Part shown: positions 33,162-42,895 of the stretch, piece by piece
How the letters are laid out: each line of letters begins with the position of its first letter
How positions within the stretch are numbered: the first letter of the stretch is position 1
Source: a virus
Strand: one strand, 5' to 3'
Length of the DNA stretch: 64,000 nt
Virus record (IMG/VR): IMGVR_UViG_3300025108_000031
Location: 4,282-68,281 of that record
The notes under the pieces: model-generated
The model's database searches: none
What the model saw: only the letters and a program-made list of their open reading frames with translations
Told to the model about the DNA's origin: nothing
Made by a program: the position numbers and the translations under genes

Positions 33162-34864
33162 GAGTTAAAAGGTACGATAAAGGTGGTGATGTAGGTCAGC
33201 TACTTAAAGCACTTGAATCACAGAGTTCAAGATCCCCTATGGGTAAACTTCCTGTATCTTCTGGTTTGAGTGGACTTCAGGCTAACATGCCAGTCATGAA
33301 TCAGTTATCCGCCGCCTCATCTACATCCACGCCACCTGAAATAAACCCCTACTTCAAAGAGTCCATTGAGAGCGCAGCTTTCGATAGGATGATAATGGAA
33401 AAGAACGAAGAGCTTAAGCAAATAAAGAAGCTAGGATTTGACCCCATGGCTAGTGGTTCCGCTGAGTCTGTATCCCCTATGAAGTTCGTGTCTCCAGTAG
33501 GTGATGTTGAGGATATGTACGAGGGAGTAAAGATGGCTTACGAGGGCGTTAAAGAGGGCAAGGCAGGTAAAGCCGCATTAGGTAGTGGATTAGCCCTTGG
33601 TGCAGCCGCTCTGGCCTTTGTACCTGGCAATGCGGGAATGATAAGGAGCTACGCTCAAAGCGTGAATAACCCTATGCTAGATAGGATCGTAAAAGGCTTA
33701 AGTGAAGAGGGGGCAAATGCAGAGGAGGTTATAAGAAATGTGTCTAGAGACTTCACTCAAGCAGAAAGACAGGCCACTAGAGATGACGCAAGACAATTGG
33801 TGGACATGTCTTTTGATGAATTCTCTGGTCTTGATTTAAGCAATTCAGAAAGGCTGTTGTTAGAGGAGATCGGTGAGGTTTCGTCTACTGGATCTTCTTC
33901 TGGTGTAATAAAAAAAGCTGAGAGTCGAGTTACTCCAGAAATCCCAGAAAGAGTGGGTGACTTTGAGTTTGAGGTAAATCCAGATGGTGCCTCGATGAAC
34001 GTATTGGCCGAGAGCGGTTTAAACACCGACTATATGGAGCTTGACATCACCCCCTTAAAGGGAGCACAAGGTGTCCCAGAAAACATTCAGAAAAAGTATG
34101 GGGACAGATACGTAGCTAAGATTGATGTAGACATGAGTTCTACCATGAAAAAAGCTAGTGAAGAGTCTAAAATATACGAAAGAGCCAAAGCAAAGAGGGA
34201 TAAAAACCTTAATCTGACTTCAGAAGAGCAAGTTGTTTTAGAAACCTTTAAGCCACTTAAGGCTCAGAAAGATCAATACAAGATTATGAACAGTATGTTT
34301 GATCAAGTACAGTCTGGTGACTTAGTAAACCCTGGTCAGTCTGGAGGGTTGAGTACAGATTCATACCCTATGTTCATTAATCAGTTAAGGAAGGGGAAAA
34401 AACACCTAGATAATCCAGGTAAAATAAAGAAGCAAGGGACTAAGCTACTTAATGAAGAGGGTGCAATACAGTTCGGAACCCTTAACACAATGGGTGAATT
34501 TAGTAACGGATTCAGAATACCTGATAGAGAGTGGAAACAGGTTGTCGGACCTAGAGAGATTCTCAAAGACGGTAGAGTAGAAAAAACACCAGGAATGCTT
34601 ACAGGCGAAGGAACTTCGGACTGGAGAGGGTTGGGATTTGAGTCTCAATCAGAAGCCAATGAGTACCTGGAAATTATAAAAGAAAAATACATAGACCCTT
34701 ATCTAGAGGCTCAGGGATTACCTTCAAGCAAAATGATTGGAACCCAATCCGAGGGTGGAAGAAGATTGGAATTTCCATACCCTGTAGTAGAGAAGCTATT
34801 GAACGGAGGTAGGATAAGGTCTGTCAAGAAGAGGAAAAAAGGAATGCAGGTCAAGAAGCGATGA
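33158..34864 (+). CDS. Hypothetical protein, possibly virion cargo
   Basis: 568 aa; MRVKRYDKGG N-terminus, Ala/Gly hydrophobic segment, basic C-terminus. Confidence 0.6.
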   Translation: MRVKRYDKGGDVGQLLKALESQSSRSPMGKLPVSSGLSGLQANMPVMNQLSAASSTSTPPEINPYFKESIESAAFDRMIMEKNEELKQIKKLGFDPMASGSAESVSPMKFVSPVGDVEDMYEGVKMAYEGVKEGKAGKAALGSGLALGAAALAFVPGNAGMIRSYAQSVNNPMLDRIVKGLSEEGANAEEVIRNVSRDFTQAERQATRDDARQLVDMSFDEFSGLDLSNSERLLLEEIGEVSSTGSSSGVIKKAESRVTPEIPERVGDFEFEVNPDGASMNVLAESGLNTDYMELDITPLKGAQGVPENIQKKYGDRYVAKIDVDMSSTMKKASEESKIYERAKAKRDKNLNLTSEEQVVLETFKPLKAQKDQYKIMNSMFDQVQSGDLVNPGQSGGLSTDSYPMFINQLRKGKKHLDNPGKIKKQGTKLLNEEGAIQFGTLNTMGEFSNGFRIPDREWKQVVGPREILKDGRVEKTPGMLTGEGTSDWRGLGFESQSEANEYLEIIKEKYIDPYLEAQGLPSSKMIGTQSEGGRRLEFPYPVVEKLLNGGRIRSVKKRKKGMQVKKR

Positions 34865-36003
34865 GGTTATTGATTCTCATGCTATGCCTGCTCTCACAGT
34901 ACGTGACTGTAGGACAGGACTCTTGCGCTGTATTCGGTGGTGGAACTACTCAACCCAGGATGATGGGGTACGTACCAGAGCCCATGCAGTGGGAGGAGAT
35001 CGACTACGTATACCACATATACTACACCGACAGCTTTCCAGATAGCTACATACCTGAGGACATCATCATGGATGCGCACGAGCATCTGAATGAGGAGTTT
35101 GATGAGGCTATGATTAACTTCGATCTTGTATCGATTATGTATCATGACTTCGATGAGTTCTGGGGTGCCCCTGTGATCCTAGAACAAAACAACATATGCG
35201 TACCGTACAGCCAGAGCGGGTTCCAATGGATGGATGCCTACGTAGAAGATTTAGTATGGGATAGAGAGGAGTACATGAACGTACACATATTCCCTAAGTT
35301 TTGTAACGGGATACTGGGGTTTGCCTGGACATCTTATACCTCTATAACCGAGATGGACGGTGTTTGGGTTAGGTCTGATATGTTTGGCAATTACGGTCCT
35401 CAGCTTTCTGATCCTACCAGGAGTCAAAACAAAACTCTAATCCATGAAGTAGGACACTACGTTGGATTGCAGCACGTGTTTAGGAACGTAGAATTCTGTG
35501 GTGAAGACCTAGGCCCATGCGATGAGTCTGGTGACTACGTATGCGACACACCAGCCACTAAGGTTAGTTTTACTTGTGAAAATCCTATATGTCCTCCAGC
35601 CTTGTATGGCTACGAGCCAAACAATCACATGGACTACTACCCAGATTCATGTAGGACTAACTTTACTCCTGGTCAGATTGAGCGCATCCACTACATACTA
35701 CCCATCTCTCGTCCAGGAATCACTGATCAAGAAGCGTACTGCCTAGGCGACCTAAACGGAGACCACGTAATAGGTATGGTTGACTTGATGCTTATGTTGT
35801 CTAACTGGGAAAATCCAGGCTACGTAGCTGGAGATCTAAACGGTAACGGATACTTCAATGTAATTGACTTTCAGATACTACTAGCTCAATGGGGCACAAT
35901 ATGTTACGGTGCCGAACTTGATCCTTTTTATAGGGAGGAAGAGCTCAATATGTCAGTAATAAATAGAATACTTCCAAACTCTGTAAGAAGAGAGGGATTT
36001 TAG
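34861..36003 (+). CDS. Secreted M43 (pappalysin/ulilysin-like) zinc metalloprotease with dockerin-like C-terminus
   Basis: Signal-peptide-like N-terminus, HEVGHYVGLQH, DxVxDTP, NHMDY Met-turn, FTPGQ, two GDLNGxxxxxxxD repeats. Confidence 0.85.
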   Translation: MRLLILMLCLLSQYVTVGQDSCAVFGGGTTQPRMMGYVPEPMQWEEIDYVYHIYYTDSFPDSYIPEDIIMDAHEHLNEEFDEAMINFDLVSIMYHDFDEFWGAPVILEQNNICVPYSQSGFQWMDAYVEDLVWDREEYMNVHIFPKFCNGILGFAWTSYTSITEMDGVWVRSDMFGNYGPQLSDPTRSQNKTLIHEVGHYVGLQHVFRNVEFCGEDLGPCDESGDYVCDTPATKVSFTCENPICPPALYGYEPNNHMDYYPDSCRTNFTPGQIERIHYILPISRPGITDQEAYCLGDLNGDHVIGMVDLMLMLSNWENPGYVAGDLNGNGYFNVIDFQILLAQWGTICYGAELDPFYREEELNMSVINRILPNSVRREGF

Positions 36004-36447
36004 ATCGTTCAGGTCTATGATTGTTATCACGTCCTCTCTGTCCTTTCGGGTGTATTTCTTCTTGTAGGCATCCTTTCTGTTGGTTACCTGCTCATCCTCT
36101 ACGTTTTCCTCGCAATACAGCCTTAAATCTTCACGATCTACAATGCTGAATCCACCCTCCTCTGGCATATCAAAAGCAATTATAGCAGCCCCTCCGTACA
36201 TCCATCCAGGGTTGCCAGAAACGTTCTTGAACTCACACCATATTTGATCAGGTAGATTGTTACCCTTCACATCTACACCCCATTTGCCATCGTGCATCTC
36301 CATCCAGTAGTCGATATGCCAATACATATCATCCTTCCTGCTAGATTTCGAAACCTCAAAACCTAGATGCTTGGCCGCTCTTTCAAAGCGTACCTCTGCG
36401 ACTCTTCCTGTCGAAAAGGAATAACGCCTCCTGCTCTGACTTGTCAT
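35953..36447 (-). CDS. Putative PD-(D/E)XK-type nuclease
   Basis: E..F, HIDY and VDVKG..W.E motifs. Confidence 0.5.
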   Translation of the reverse strand: MTSQSRRRYSFSTGRVAEVRFERAAKHLGFEVSKSSRKDDMYWHIDYWMEMHDGKWGVDVKGNNLPDQIWCEFKNVSGNPGWMYGGAAIIAFDMPEEGGFSIVDREDLRLYCEENVEDEQVTNRKDAYKKKYTRKDREDVITIIDLNDLKSLSSYRVWKYSIYY

Positions 36448-36679
36448 CTAGATTTGCTTCAAAATATTCATAAGCAGAATCTTTCACAAGATCGAGCTCT
36501 TCACTGATAATTAAGCGTATAGCTGAACACATGTTCGCTACATTGCCTGGGTCTGTACGCGGGTTTCCATCCTGATCGAACAAATCCTCGTAGAATTCTG
36601 TTATCAGATTATGGGTCCTCACGGTGGCTATCATGTATCTAGCCCCTAGATCCTTTTTTGTTAACTCCTTTTTTACCAT
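36383..36679 (-). CDS. Hypothetical protein
   Basis: 98 aa ORF in the operon. Confidence 0.6.
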   Translation of the reverse strand: MVKKELTKKDLGARYMIATVRTHNLITEFYEDLFDQDGNPRTDPGNVANMCSAIRLIISEELDLVKDSAYEYFEANLDDKSEQEALFLFDRKSRRGTL

Positions 36680-37127
36680 ATCCTAGTTCTTTTATTTTGA
36701 CTATAGCTTGCTCAATCTGGTGTTTGTTTTTGCAGATGAACAATGCTGGGACTGGTTCTCCTGAGTCTATCAAGTGTTTAAGGAACAGTTTCCATCTCAT
36801 CGGGAAGTCATGATGTGATGGAGTGTACCCTTTGGTCTCTATTATCCAACCTTCGTTTGGTCCTACGAAGTCTGGAGTATATTTAATGGGAAGTACTGTC
36901 GCACCACTTCGGTCTGACAGGTCCTTCTTCTTGGTAGTCATCTTAAGATAAGTACCTGGATACCTGAATTTATCTACAAGAACGTACTCATGTGTCTCGT
37001 AGGTAAAAACTAATCCAGAGTCGGATAAAAGATCAGCACATGTCTTCTCTAATCCGCTCTTATACTTACCTAAGTTTCTTTTCTTGGCTGATTTACGCTT
37101 AGGAGTCCCCCTTGTCTGTCGCTTCAC
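36639..37127 (-). CDS. T7 endonuclease I-like Holliday junction resolvase
   Basis: YKSGLE, YE, YTPDF and IIETKG motifs. Confidence 0.8.
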   Translation of the reverse strand: MKRQTRGTPKRKSAKKRNLGKYKSGLEKTCADLLSDSGLVFTYETHEYVLVDKFRYPGTYLKMTTKKKDLSDRSGATVLPIKYTPDFVGPNEGWIIETKGYTPSHHDFPMRWKLFLKHLIDSGEPVPALFICKNKHQIEQAIVKIKELGYGKKGVNKKGSRG

Positions 37128-37143
37128 ACAGACAATATAAACC

Positions 37144-38961
37144 TTATTCGTTTAAAAACGAACTATTTATAGGAAATACAAATGCATCTTGCTTGCCTCC
37201 ATCCAAATCAATTGACTCAAATAACAATTTTTGTGATTTAAATGACCTAAATCCTGTCCTGGAGGTGTTCATTTCGAATCGAAAAGGTTCTTCAAGTGGT
37301 GTGGGCTCACCGCCTGTCTCTACGTCACGCACCTTACGTACATGAAACTCTGTAATCTTACGCTCAGATGGTGTTGGGTGCTGCACCTTCCTGTGTATAG
37401 TCATGAACGAGTCAGCTCGGTTCACAAACTTGCCCCCACCCTCGGTGTCCTCAGCGTATGGAGCTACAGGTAACCCGTCCTCACCCTTGATCCGCTGTGA
37501 AGCAGTAACAGCATGCATGTTTAACCACACCGCGATGTTATTTGCCGTGGAGAATGTAAGGAATTCAGAGGCCGCCTCGTAGTGATACTCGTGTACACCG
37601 ATACCTGACTTATTCATATCTAGCTTTAGGCTGTTGTAAGGGTCTATAAATACAGCATCAACCTCCTGCTGCTTCATCACCTTCTCAAGAAATACAATAA
37701 TATCTGAGTAGCTGTACACCTGCTTATTACTTATCACGGTAAAGTACTTACCTACCCATTCGTAAGCTTTCTTTCTCTCCATATAATTCATGGATGTGAT
37801 TGGCTTATTTAAGGCAAATTGAATGAGCGACATCTTAAGGGATGCAGTGCGATTCTCTGAAGAGTACACCACCCACTTCCATTCGTGTCTCACGGTAGCA
37901 TTGACCATGAGATATAGAGCCATCGTAGTCTTACCTACATTACTATGACCATTGATGATAGTGAACTCTCTTTTGTACCTGAAGTACTGGTCGAGATCCT
38001 TGTCACCCGTGTCTAAACCCACAGGTATGCGACCATTTGCGTAGTCATCAATCCACCTAAAGTCCTCATCATCTGAAGATATGAAAGACATGTCTCCGTC
38101 ATTGACGAGCATCTCACGCTGAGCTTTCTTCTCGTCATCAATTAAGGTTTTAATTGGATCAAGCTTCCCCTTCTCTAATGCTTCCCGTATAGTTCTAATG
38201 GCTTGTTGCTCATCATCTACATCACGCTTCATGATCTCACGAGTCAACACCCTGACAACCTCATCCTCCTCCATGCGTTCTGCAGCTACAAACCCACCGC
38301 ATAGCCTAGCAGCACGAAGCAGGGTAGTATGTTTCTCCCCGTCATCACACTGACGTATCATCCGAGCAGCTAGATTTAACTTTAAGTAATCTGTGTAACT
38401 GCCTGATTTTGAGACTGCTACCTGTGATTCACTCTTCTCAGTAGCGAACGCACCGAACGGAACAGACTCGTCCTTAATTACTATGTTAGGATCGTGTGAT
38501 TCAAAGCAAGCTCTGGATTCATTGATGCCTGATTCATCTACCTCCAGGTCATACTGTTTGTTGAAGTAAGTGCGTAATGCTCTAAAATGGTCTCGATGTC
38601 TTTCTGGGTTGGTTACCTTAACCAGCGCCTTAAGTCCGTCACCGCTTGGTGAAACCCAACAGCTAAAGACATAAGGATCCGTGGCAAGTAACGATTTGGA
38701 TGCTTTGACATCAATGTGGTCGAAGTCAAGCACAATGTATTGGCTATGGCGCTCAATCGCATGATCATACCTGCCTGCAAACTCACCACTGAATAGTATA
38801 ACTGGGAGCGTCTTTTTAAATTCCTTTTGCCCACTTCTTATTGCATCAATCGTTGTTGCAGACTTCCCTTCCTGGATACGTCTCAGCGCCTCCGATATCT
38901 CTATGTAGTGGGAGTCCTCCTTTGACTTCTTGTATAGATTTTGAAATATCGTTACTTTCAT
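37144..38961 (-). CDS. Primase-helicase (VirE-N/BT4734-like primase domain plus DnaB-like SF4 helicase)
   Basis: KKxLP, LDFDH and SPSGDGLK in the N-terminal domain; Walker A GHSNVGKT, FIDPYN, KVR. Confidence 0.8.
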   Translation of the reverse strand: MKVTIFQNLYKKSKEDSHYIEISEALRRIQEGKSATTIDAIRSGQKEFKKTLPVILFSGEFAGRYDHAIERHSQYIVLDFDHIDVKASKSLLATDPYVFSCWVSPSGDGLKALVKVTNPERHRDHFRALRTYFNKQYDLEVDESGINESRACFESHDPNIVIKDESVPFGAFATEKSESQVAVSKSGSYTDYLKLNLAARMIRQCDDGEKHTTLLRAARLCGGFVAAERMEEDEVVRVLTREIMKRDVDDEQQAIRTIREALEKGKLDPIKTLIDDEKKAQREMLVNDGDMSFISSDDEDFRWIDDYANGRIPVGLDTGDKDLDQYFRYKREFTIINGHSNVGKTTMALYLMVNATVRHEWKWVVYSSENRTASLKMSLIQFALNKPITSMNYMERKKAYEWVGKYFTVISNKQVYSYSDIIVFLEKVMKQQEVDAVFIDPYNSLKLDMNKSGIGVHEYHYEAASEFLTFSTANNIAVWLNMHAVTASQRIKGEDGLPVAPYAEDTEGGGKFVNRADSFMTIHRKVQHPTPSERKITEFHVRKVRDVETGGEPTPLEEPFRFEMNTSRTGFRSFKSQKLLFESIDLDGGKQDAFVFPINSSFLNE

Positions 38962-39166
38962 CTGAGTATTTGTATTCGAGTAGTAGATTTAAATAGTGAA
39001 TAGCCTTTAGGATATCCTCCTTGCCGTTCTTGAACTCGTGTCGGCATACGTATTTAATTACATTTCCCTCTATGAAGGGTATGTCGTTGGCGGCTATGAA
39101 ATCAGTGGGCTGAATATTCATGCTCTTGTAGTGCTTACCGCCTACTTGTTTGTCGCTATGTTTCAT
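38846..39166 (-). CDS. DUF3310 / T7 gp1.7-like protein
   Basis: QVGGxHY, GNVIKYxxRxxxKNGxEDxxKAxHYL; start at the ATG at 39166. Confidence 0.8.
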   Translation of the reverse strand: MKHSDKQVGGKHYKSMNIQPTDFIAANDIPFIEGNVIKYVCRHEFKNGKEDILKAIHYLNLLLEYKYSDESNDISKSIQEVKGGLPLHRDIGGAETYPGREVCNND

Positions 39167-39404
39167 TTGGTAGTGATGTTGTTCCAACTTGTTTTATCGA
39201 AGTTATGGAATCAATCACAATGGTCTTATTCTTGGCTTTAGCAGTAAACAATTCTCTCTCAAGCCTTGACATTGTCTTACCATCCTTCTTCATGATATCC
39301 GTTGGGTTATCATACTTGCTTACGATCCACACGTTTCTATACTGTGGTCGCTTCTTGTTAATCGTAATGACCTTAGCAGTCATAGAGTATATCGGTTGTC
39401 CCAT
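39156..39404 (-). CDS. Hypothetical protein
   Basis: ORF from the ATG at 39404. Confidence 0.55.
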   Translation of the reverse strand: MGQPIYSMTAKVITINKKRPQYRNVWIVSKYDNPTDIMKKDGKTMSRLERELFTAKAKNKTIVIDSITSIKQVGTTSLPNET

Positions 39405-39414
39405 GATGTTAGAG

Positions 39415-39447
39415 GAAAGAAAGGGGCAGAGCTTTCGCCCCACCCCC
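39415..39447 (-). terminator. Intrinsic terminator after the SSB-like gene
   Basis: ggggtggggc-gaaa-gctctgcccc followed by tttctttcc on the - strand. Confidence 0.75.
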
Positions 39448-39469
39448 TAATTCCGTAAAAACCAAATCC

Positions 39470-39775
39470 TTAGAAAGGAATGTCCGAAGACTCCTTCGTT
39501 TTAGCTGTTTCGTTCCGACGTTCTTGCGCGGCTTCACTGTTAGGATCCCACACACTTAAGCAAGGTTTACCTGCCTTAGACATGAACAGTTTAAATCGAA
39601 CGTTGCCGCCCTTTCCATCTGCATCTCGCTTCGTCGTGTAAAGATCGATTGCATCTTTAAGCTCGTTGTCCTTGAGGCGAAAGCCCCAACCCATCAACTC
39701 ACCTTTGTCATTGTAAGTAGGCTCATCTGCCCAACCTACTAGTACACTCTCGTACTTCTTTGTTTGATCACTCAT
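39470..39775 (-). CDS. Putative single-stranded DNA-binding protein
   Basis: C-terminal SSDIPF tail; located in the replication cluster. Confidence 0.6.
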   Translation of the reverse strand: MSDQTKKYESVLVGWADEPTYNDKGELMGWGFRLKDNELKDAIDLYTTKRDADGKGGNVRFKLFMSKAGKPCLSVWDPNSEAAQERRNETAKTKESSDIPF

Positions 39776-39851
39776 TGTTTAGAGAATTATAAAAATTAGA
39801 ATAAATAAAAATGCTGTTTTGATACCGTCAATAATCTCGCTTGTTTCTTTG

Positions 39852-40634
39852 TCATACTTCATAATTGAGGTAGTCTTTCTGTGGGTTATAGTCCTGATCA
39901 AGAAAGTCAGTGATACGTTTAACCGCATCATGAAACTTCATCTCTCCAGTGAATAAAGTCTGTTCAGTACATTTTACCAGAGCTGGAAGATAAGGATAAG
40001 TTTTCTCTTGCACAACCCAGTAGAAGTCTTTTAGGTTAAAAACCTGTGTATATATGTAGGCTTGGATGTCATATGAGAAGTCCCTTACGGCATACCTGAA
40101 CTTCTCAGAGCTCCTGGCTGATTTGCTGTCACTGATGAAACCGTCACCCAGGCAATCAAGGAACCCCTTCACTTGAACTCCGTGAAGCATGGTATTGAAC
40201 TCTACTTGATACTCACCCTTTAAATGAGATTCAAGTAAACCACAAGTAGCCAACCTGTCGATCATGTCATTAGCCATCTTCCAATCTTCGTGAGAGACAA
40301 TGGACTTGCCTTCTTCTGAAGCCTCATCTTTAATCTCCTTCAGCTTCGCCTTGTATTCAGCAGTTAGCGTTGGTCTCTTTGAGGCTTTAGCCTTGTCTGA
40401 TAGCGTGTTTATAACAGCCGAAGGAGACATGACCGTGTACTTGTCGAAAGCTTTCTCTCGTTCGAACAATAGCATATCGTACATGGTTCCGAAGTCGAGT
40501 GCGTCTGATTTGTACTTGACCTCTCCCTTCATGTAGCGATCGAACTGAGCCATATCTCCTAACGCCTGCTTCATTGACGAGTACGACAAGTGAGGCTTTC
40601 CGTACCTCTCCATTAATTTTTCTGGTATATTCAT
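39852..40634 (-). CDS. RecE/ExoVIII-like PD-(D/E)XK exonuclease (DUF3799-like)
   Basis: LSYSS, FGT, KGFLD...DSKS and YxIQAYIY motifs. Confidence 0.75.
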   Translation of the reverse strand: MNIPEKLMERYGKPHLSYSSMKQALGDMAQFDRYMKGEVKYKSDALDFGTMYDMLLFEREKAFDKYTVMSPSAVINTLSDKAKASKRPTLTAEYKAKLKEIKDEASEEGKSIVSHEDWKMANDMIDRLATCGLLESHLKGEYQVEFNTMLHGVQVKGFLDCLGDGFISDSKSARSSEKFRYAVRDFSYDIQAYIYTQVFNLKDFYWVVQEKTYPYLPALVKCTEQTLFTGEMKFHDAVKRITDFLDQDYNPQKDYLNYEV

Positions 40635-40939
40635 TGGTCTTCGTATAGTGGTGTTCCGTCCTCAAGCATGTATTCATATGTTTCAATCTCAGCCCAGTGA
40701 GTGGGTTTGCCGCCAGTACACCAGAACCTCTTACCCCTGCTGTTGATATGGTACTCAGCAATGTCTATATCACCAAGAAAATCTTTGTGCTTGATGTAAT
40801 ACAAACCAGTGCAGCTAGGTTCCTCTTCATCATTGACTACCCAGTTCTTCTTGAACTTAGATGACAGGCACTGACTTCTGAAGGATGAGAAAGTAGCTAT
40901 GTTTGTTAGTCTCCTGTCTTGTACAGGGTACTTGTTCAT
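40631..40939 (-). CDS. Hypothetical protein
   Basis: 102 aa coupled ORF with a PTHWAE motif. Confidence 0.55.
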   Translation of the reverse strand: MNKYPVQDRRLTNIATFSSFRSQCLSSKFKKNWVVNDEEEPSCTGLYYIKHKDFLGDIDIAEYHINSRGKRFWCTGGKPTHWAEIETYEYMLEDGTPLYEDQ

Positions 40940-41502
40940 CGCACAAACTTTTTAAGTCCCTCCACTTGCTTGGCTGTCAATGACTTTTCGTACTTAGCCA
41001 TGATGTTATCGAATGCTTTTTTCTTGTCTGACTGTGACTTGATGTAAGAAACAGCCTTATCCATGATGTTTTCAGGGGGGTCGGTGTCAAACTTCTCTTG
41101 TACTTTCTTGATCATCTTGTCAGCCTTGGTTGGTGCAGGAGCATCCTGCTTGGCGATAGCATCAGACACTTCGTTAGCCGAAGCAATTGATGTATCAATA
41201 CCAATGCCTAGCATAGCCAATGCACGACCGATAGCTGATGTCTCACAGTTCTCTACGTAGCTAGTCTTGTTGATGTTGCTACTGCCTTGCACCTCGTGTG
41301 CATGACCTACAGAAATGATTCGATTCTCATCGTCTACGATTGACGCCTTGCATACGCACTGGGCTTCGTCTAGCACAGTAAACTCTGTGATGAGGCTCCA
41401 GTTCTTGTACTGCTCCTCCTGTCGGAAGAACTTGATTCGCTCGTTGACTTCAACGTACTGCTTGCCACGGATGTTCGTGGTCTTGAATTTGTAATTGCTC
41501 AT
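40936..41502 (-). CDS. Putative single-strand annealing protein (Sak/Rad52-like)
   Basis: GKxYVxVxER, GHAxE and ENCETSAIGRAL motifs; near the exonuclease gene. Confidence 0.6.
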   Translation of the reverse strand: MSNYKFKTTNIRGKQYVEVNERIKFFRQEEQYKNWSLITEFTVLDEAQCVCKASIVDDENRIISVGHAHEVQGSSNINKTSYVENCETSAIGRALAMLGIGIDTSIASANEVSDAIAKQDAPAPTKADKMIKKVQEKFDTDPPENIMDKAVSYIKSQSDKKKAFDNIMAKYEKSLTAKQVEGLKKFVR

Positions 41503-41508
41503 AATATA

Positions 41509-41880
41509 TTATTTAATTGTTTCTTCTAAGTCTCTCTTTAGTGTATTCAGTCTTTTGATTTGGGCGGTTACATATTTCAATTTAGATTGAACTACTTTGT
41601 TTTTCATTGTGTTATTACATAGCCTAGAAGCTGATATGTAGTTGTCCCTGTATCCAGACCAATACTTCATGTTGGCATCGTGTTTTGCTGTGTGGTATAC
41701 CACAGTACTATGATCAGCTCCGAAAACCCTACCAATAGATGTAGTCGTCAAGCTGAAATGCCTCATGGCTGACATCATAGCAGCCCTTGCTTTCACTTGC
41801 TCAGCTCGCCTTGTACTATCTGAGTTTAACCCTATTACATGGTAGTACTCCTCCATTATTGATTCCATCTCACTAATCAT
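41509..41880 (-). CDS. DnaA domain IV-like helix-turn-helix protein
   Basis: VKAR..M...SLTxxxIGxxFGxDHSTVxY signature. Confidence 0.7.
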   Translation of the reverse strand: MISEMESIMEEYYHVIGLNSDSTRRAEQVKARAAMMSAMRHFSLTTTSIGRVFGADHSTVVYHTAKHDANMKYWSGYRDNYISASRLCNNTMKNKVVQSKLKYVTAQIKRLNTLKRDLEETIK

Positions 41881-41901
41881 GGTCGTTTGTTTTTTAAAGA
41901 A

Positions 41902-41993
41902 AAAGAAGACTTTGTTTCTCAACGCTCCCAAAGTTGCGCTGTCTCCAGCACACGGCGTGTCGCAGGATCTCCCTGCGCACCATTCGTCTTCTT
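41902..41993 (-). ncRNA. Intergenic structured RNA element (multi-branch)
   Basis: Outer helix AAGAAGAC/GUCUUCUU enclosing GCGCAGG/CCUGCG and GUGCUG-GAGA-CAGCGC hairpins, followed by a U tract. Confidence 0.55.
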
Positions 41994-41998
41994 ACCTG

Positions 41999-42325
41999 TC
42001 AGCGTTCTGACAAGGATTCTTCTTTTAATTCGTGATAAATTTTAGCGTAGTGGTACATGGATTCGGCAATCCCTAGGGTACCCTCGGCAAATGTACGCTG
42101 TTGATCCTCACTTGTCAAGGGCTCGCACATATAATCTTCCAAAACGTCCCTACCAATCAATACAAATTGTTCGATGTGTTCGAATATAGGCTTGTCTAAC
42201 CATACGTCGATATCATCGAAGATAATATCATCCATAGCGTACATGGAGGCTAGCTCTTCTGCTTTGCTGTTGTGAAGGGCTAGTTTACGTATCATCTTAA
42301 TTGCTTTCTCGTTTGTCATAATCAT
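41999..42325 (-). CDS. Hypothetical protein
   Basis: 108 aa ORF. Confidence 0.6.
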   Translation of the reverse strand: MIMTNEKAIKMIRKLALHNSKAEELASMYAMDDIIFDDIDVWLDKPIFEHIEQFVLIGRDVLEDYMCEPLTSEDQQRTFAEGTLGIAESMYHYAKIYHELKEESLSER

Positions 42326-42681
42326 TTAATCTTTACAAAAATTTCTTCGGGTGACTTAGGGAAGAACTTAAGTAGTGCAGGGCAAAGCCATATCGGACCT
42401 TCTCCTTTCACGTTCTTCTCTGGAAAGTCTACAATGTAGTACGTTCCGTCATGCCCGTCATAACCATCATTGGTTAGCTTGACATCCCAGTTCGGTAGTG
42501 GTGTCTGACCGAAATAAAAGGAACAGCTTTCCTTGGACTCGTCTTTATCTCTTCCGCTCATAGCATCAAGCAGTATGTCTGCGCCCTCTACGAATGGTTC
42601 TTTGTCTAACTCCCTTGACTCGTCGTCGAATACCCATGCTCCGTTGTAGATGTATGAGTGAATAAAGTTTACGTTGTTCAT
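42322..42681 (-). CDS. Conserved phage protein (DUF6717-like)
   Basis: WVFDD...EPFVxGAD...WLCPALxxxF motif. Confidence 0.65.
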   Translation of the reverse strand: MNNVNFIHSYIYNGAWVFDDESRELDKEPFVEGADILLDAMSGRDKDESKESCSFYFGQTPLPNWDVKLTNDGYDGHDGTYYIVDFPEKNVKGEGPIWLCPALLKFFPKSPEEIFVKIK

Positions 42682-42694
42682 GTTTTTTGTTTTT

Positions 42695-42895
42695 TTAAAT
42701 TCCAAGATTCTGTCCGTCCCTAAATATGCTGTTCATTTCCCTCAAGTATTGATTTAGTGCAAGCTTACTTCTATCGTTTGCTACACCACCCAACTTCCTG
42801 TGAACGCTCATGAATCGCTTCATCAGCTTCTCCGCATCAGCTCTCATCAGCATCTTGCTGTGCATTTCAGGGAATTCTTTTTCTAGTGTTGTCAT
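42695..42895 (-). CDS. Hypothetical protein
   Basis: 66 aa ORF. Confidence 0.55.
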   Translation of the reverse strand: MTTLEKEFPEMHSKMLMRADAEKLMKRFMSVHRKLGGVANDRSKLALNQYLREMNSIFRDGQNLGI

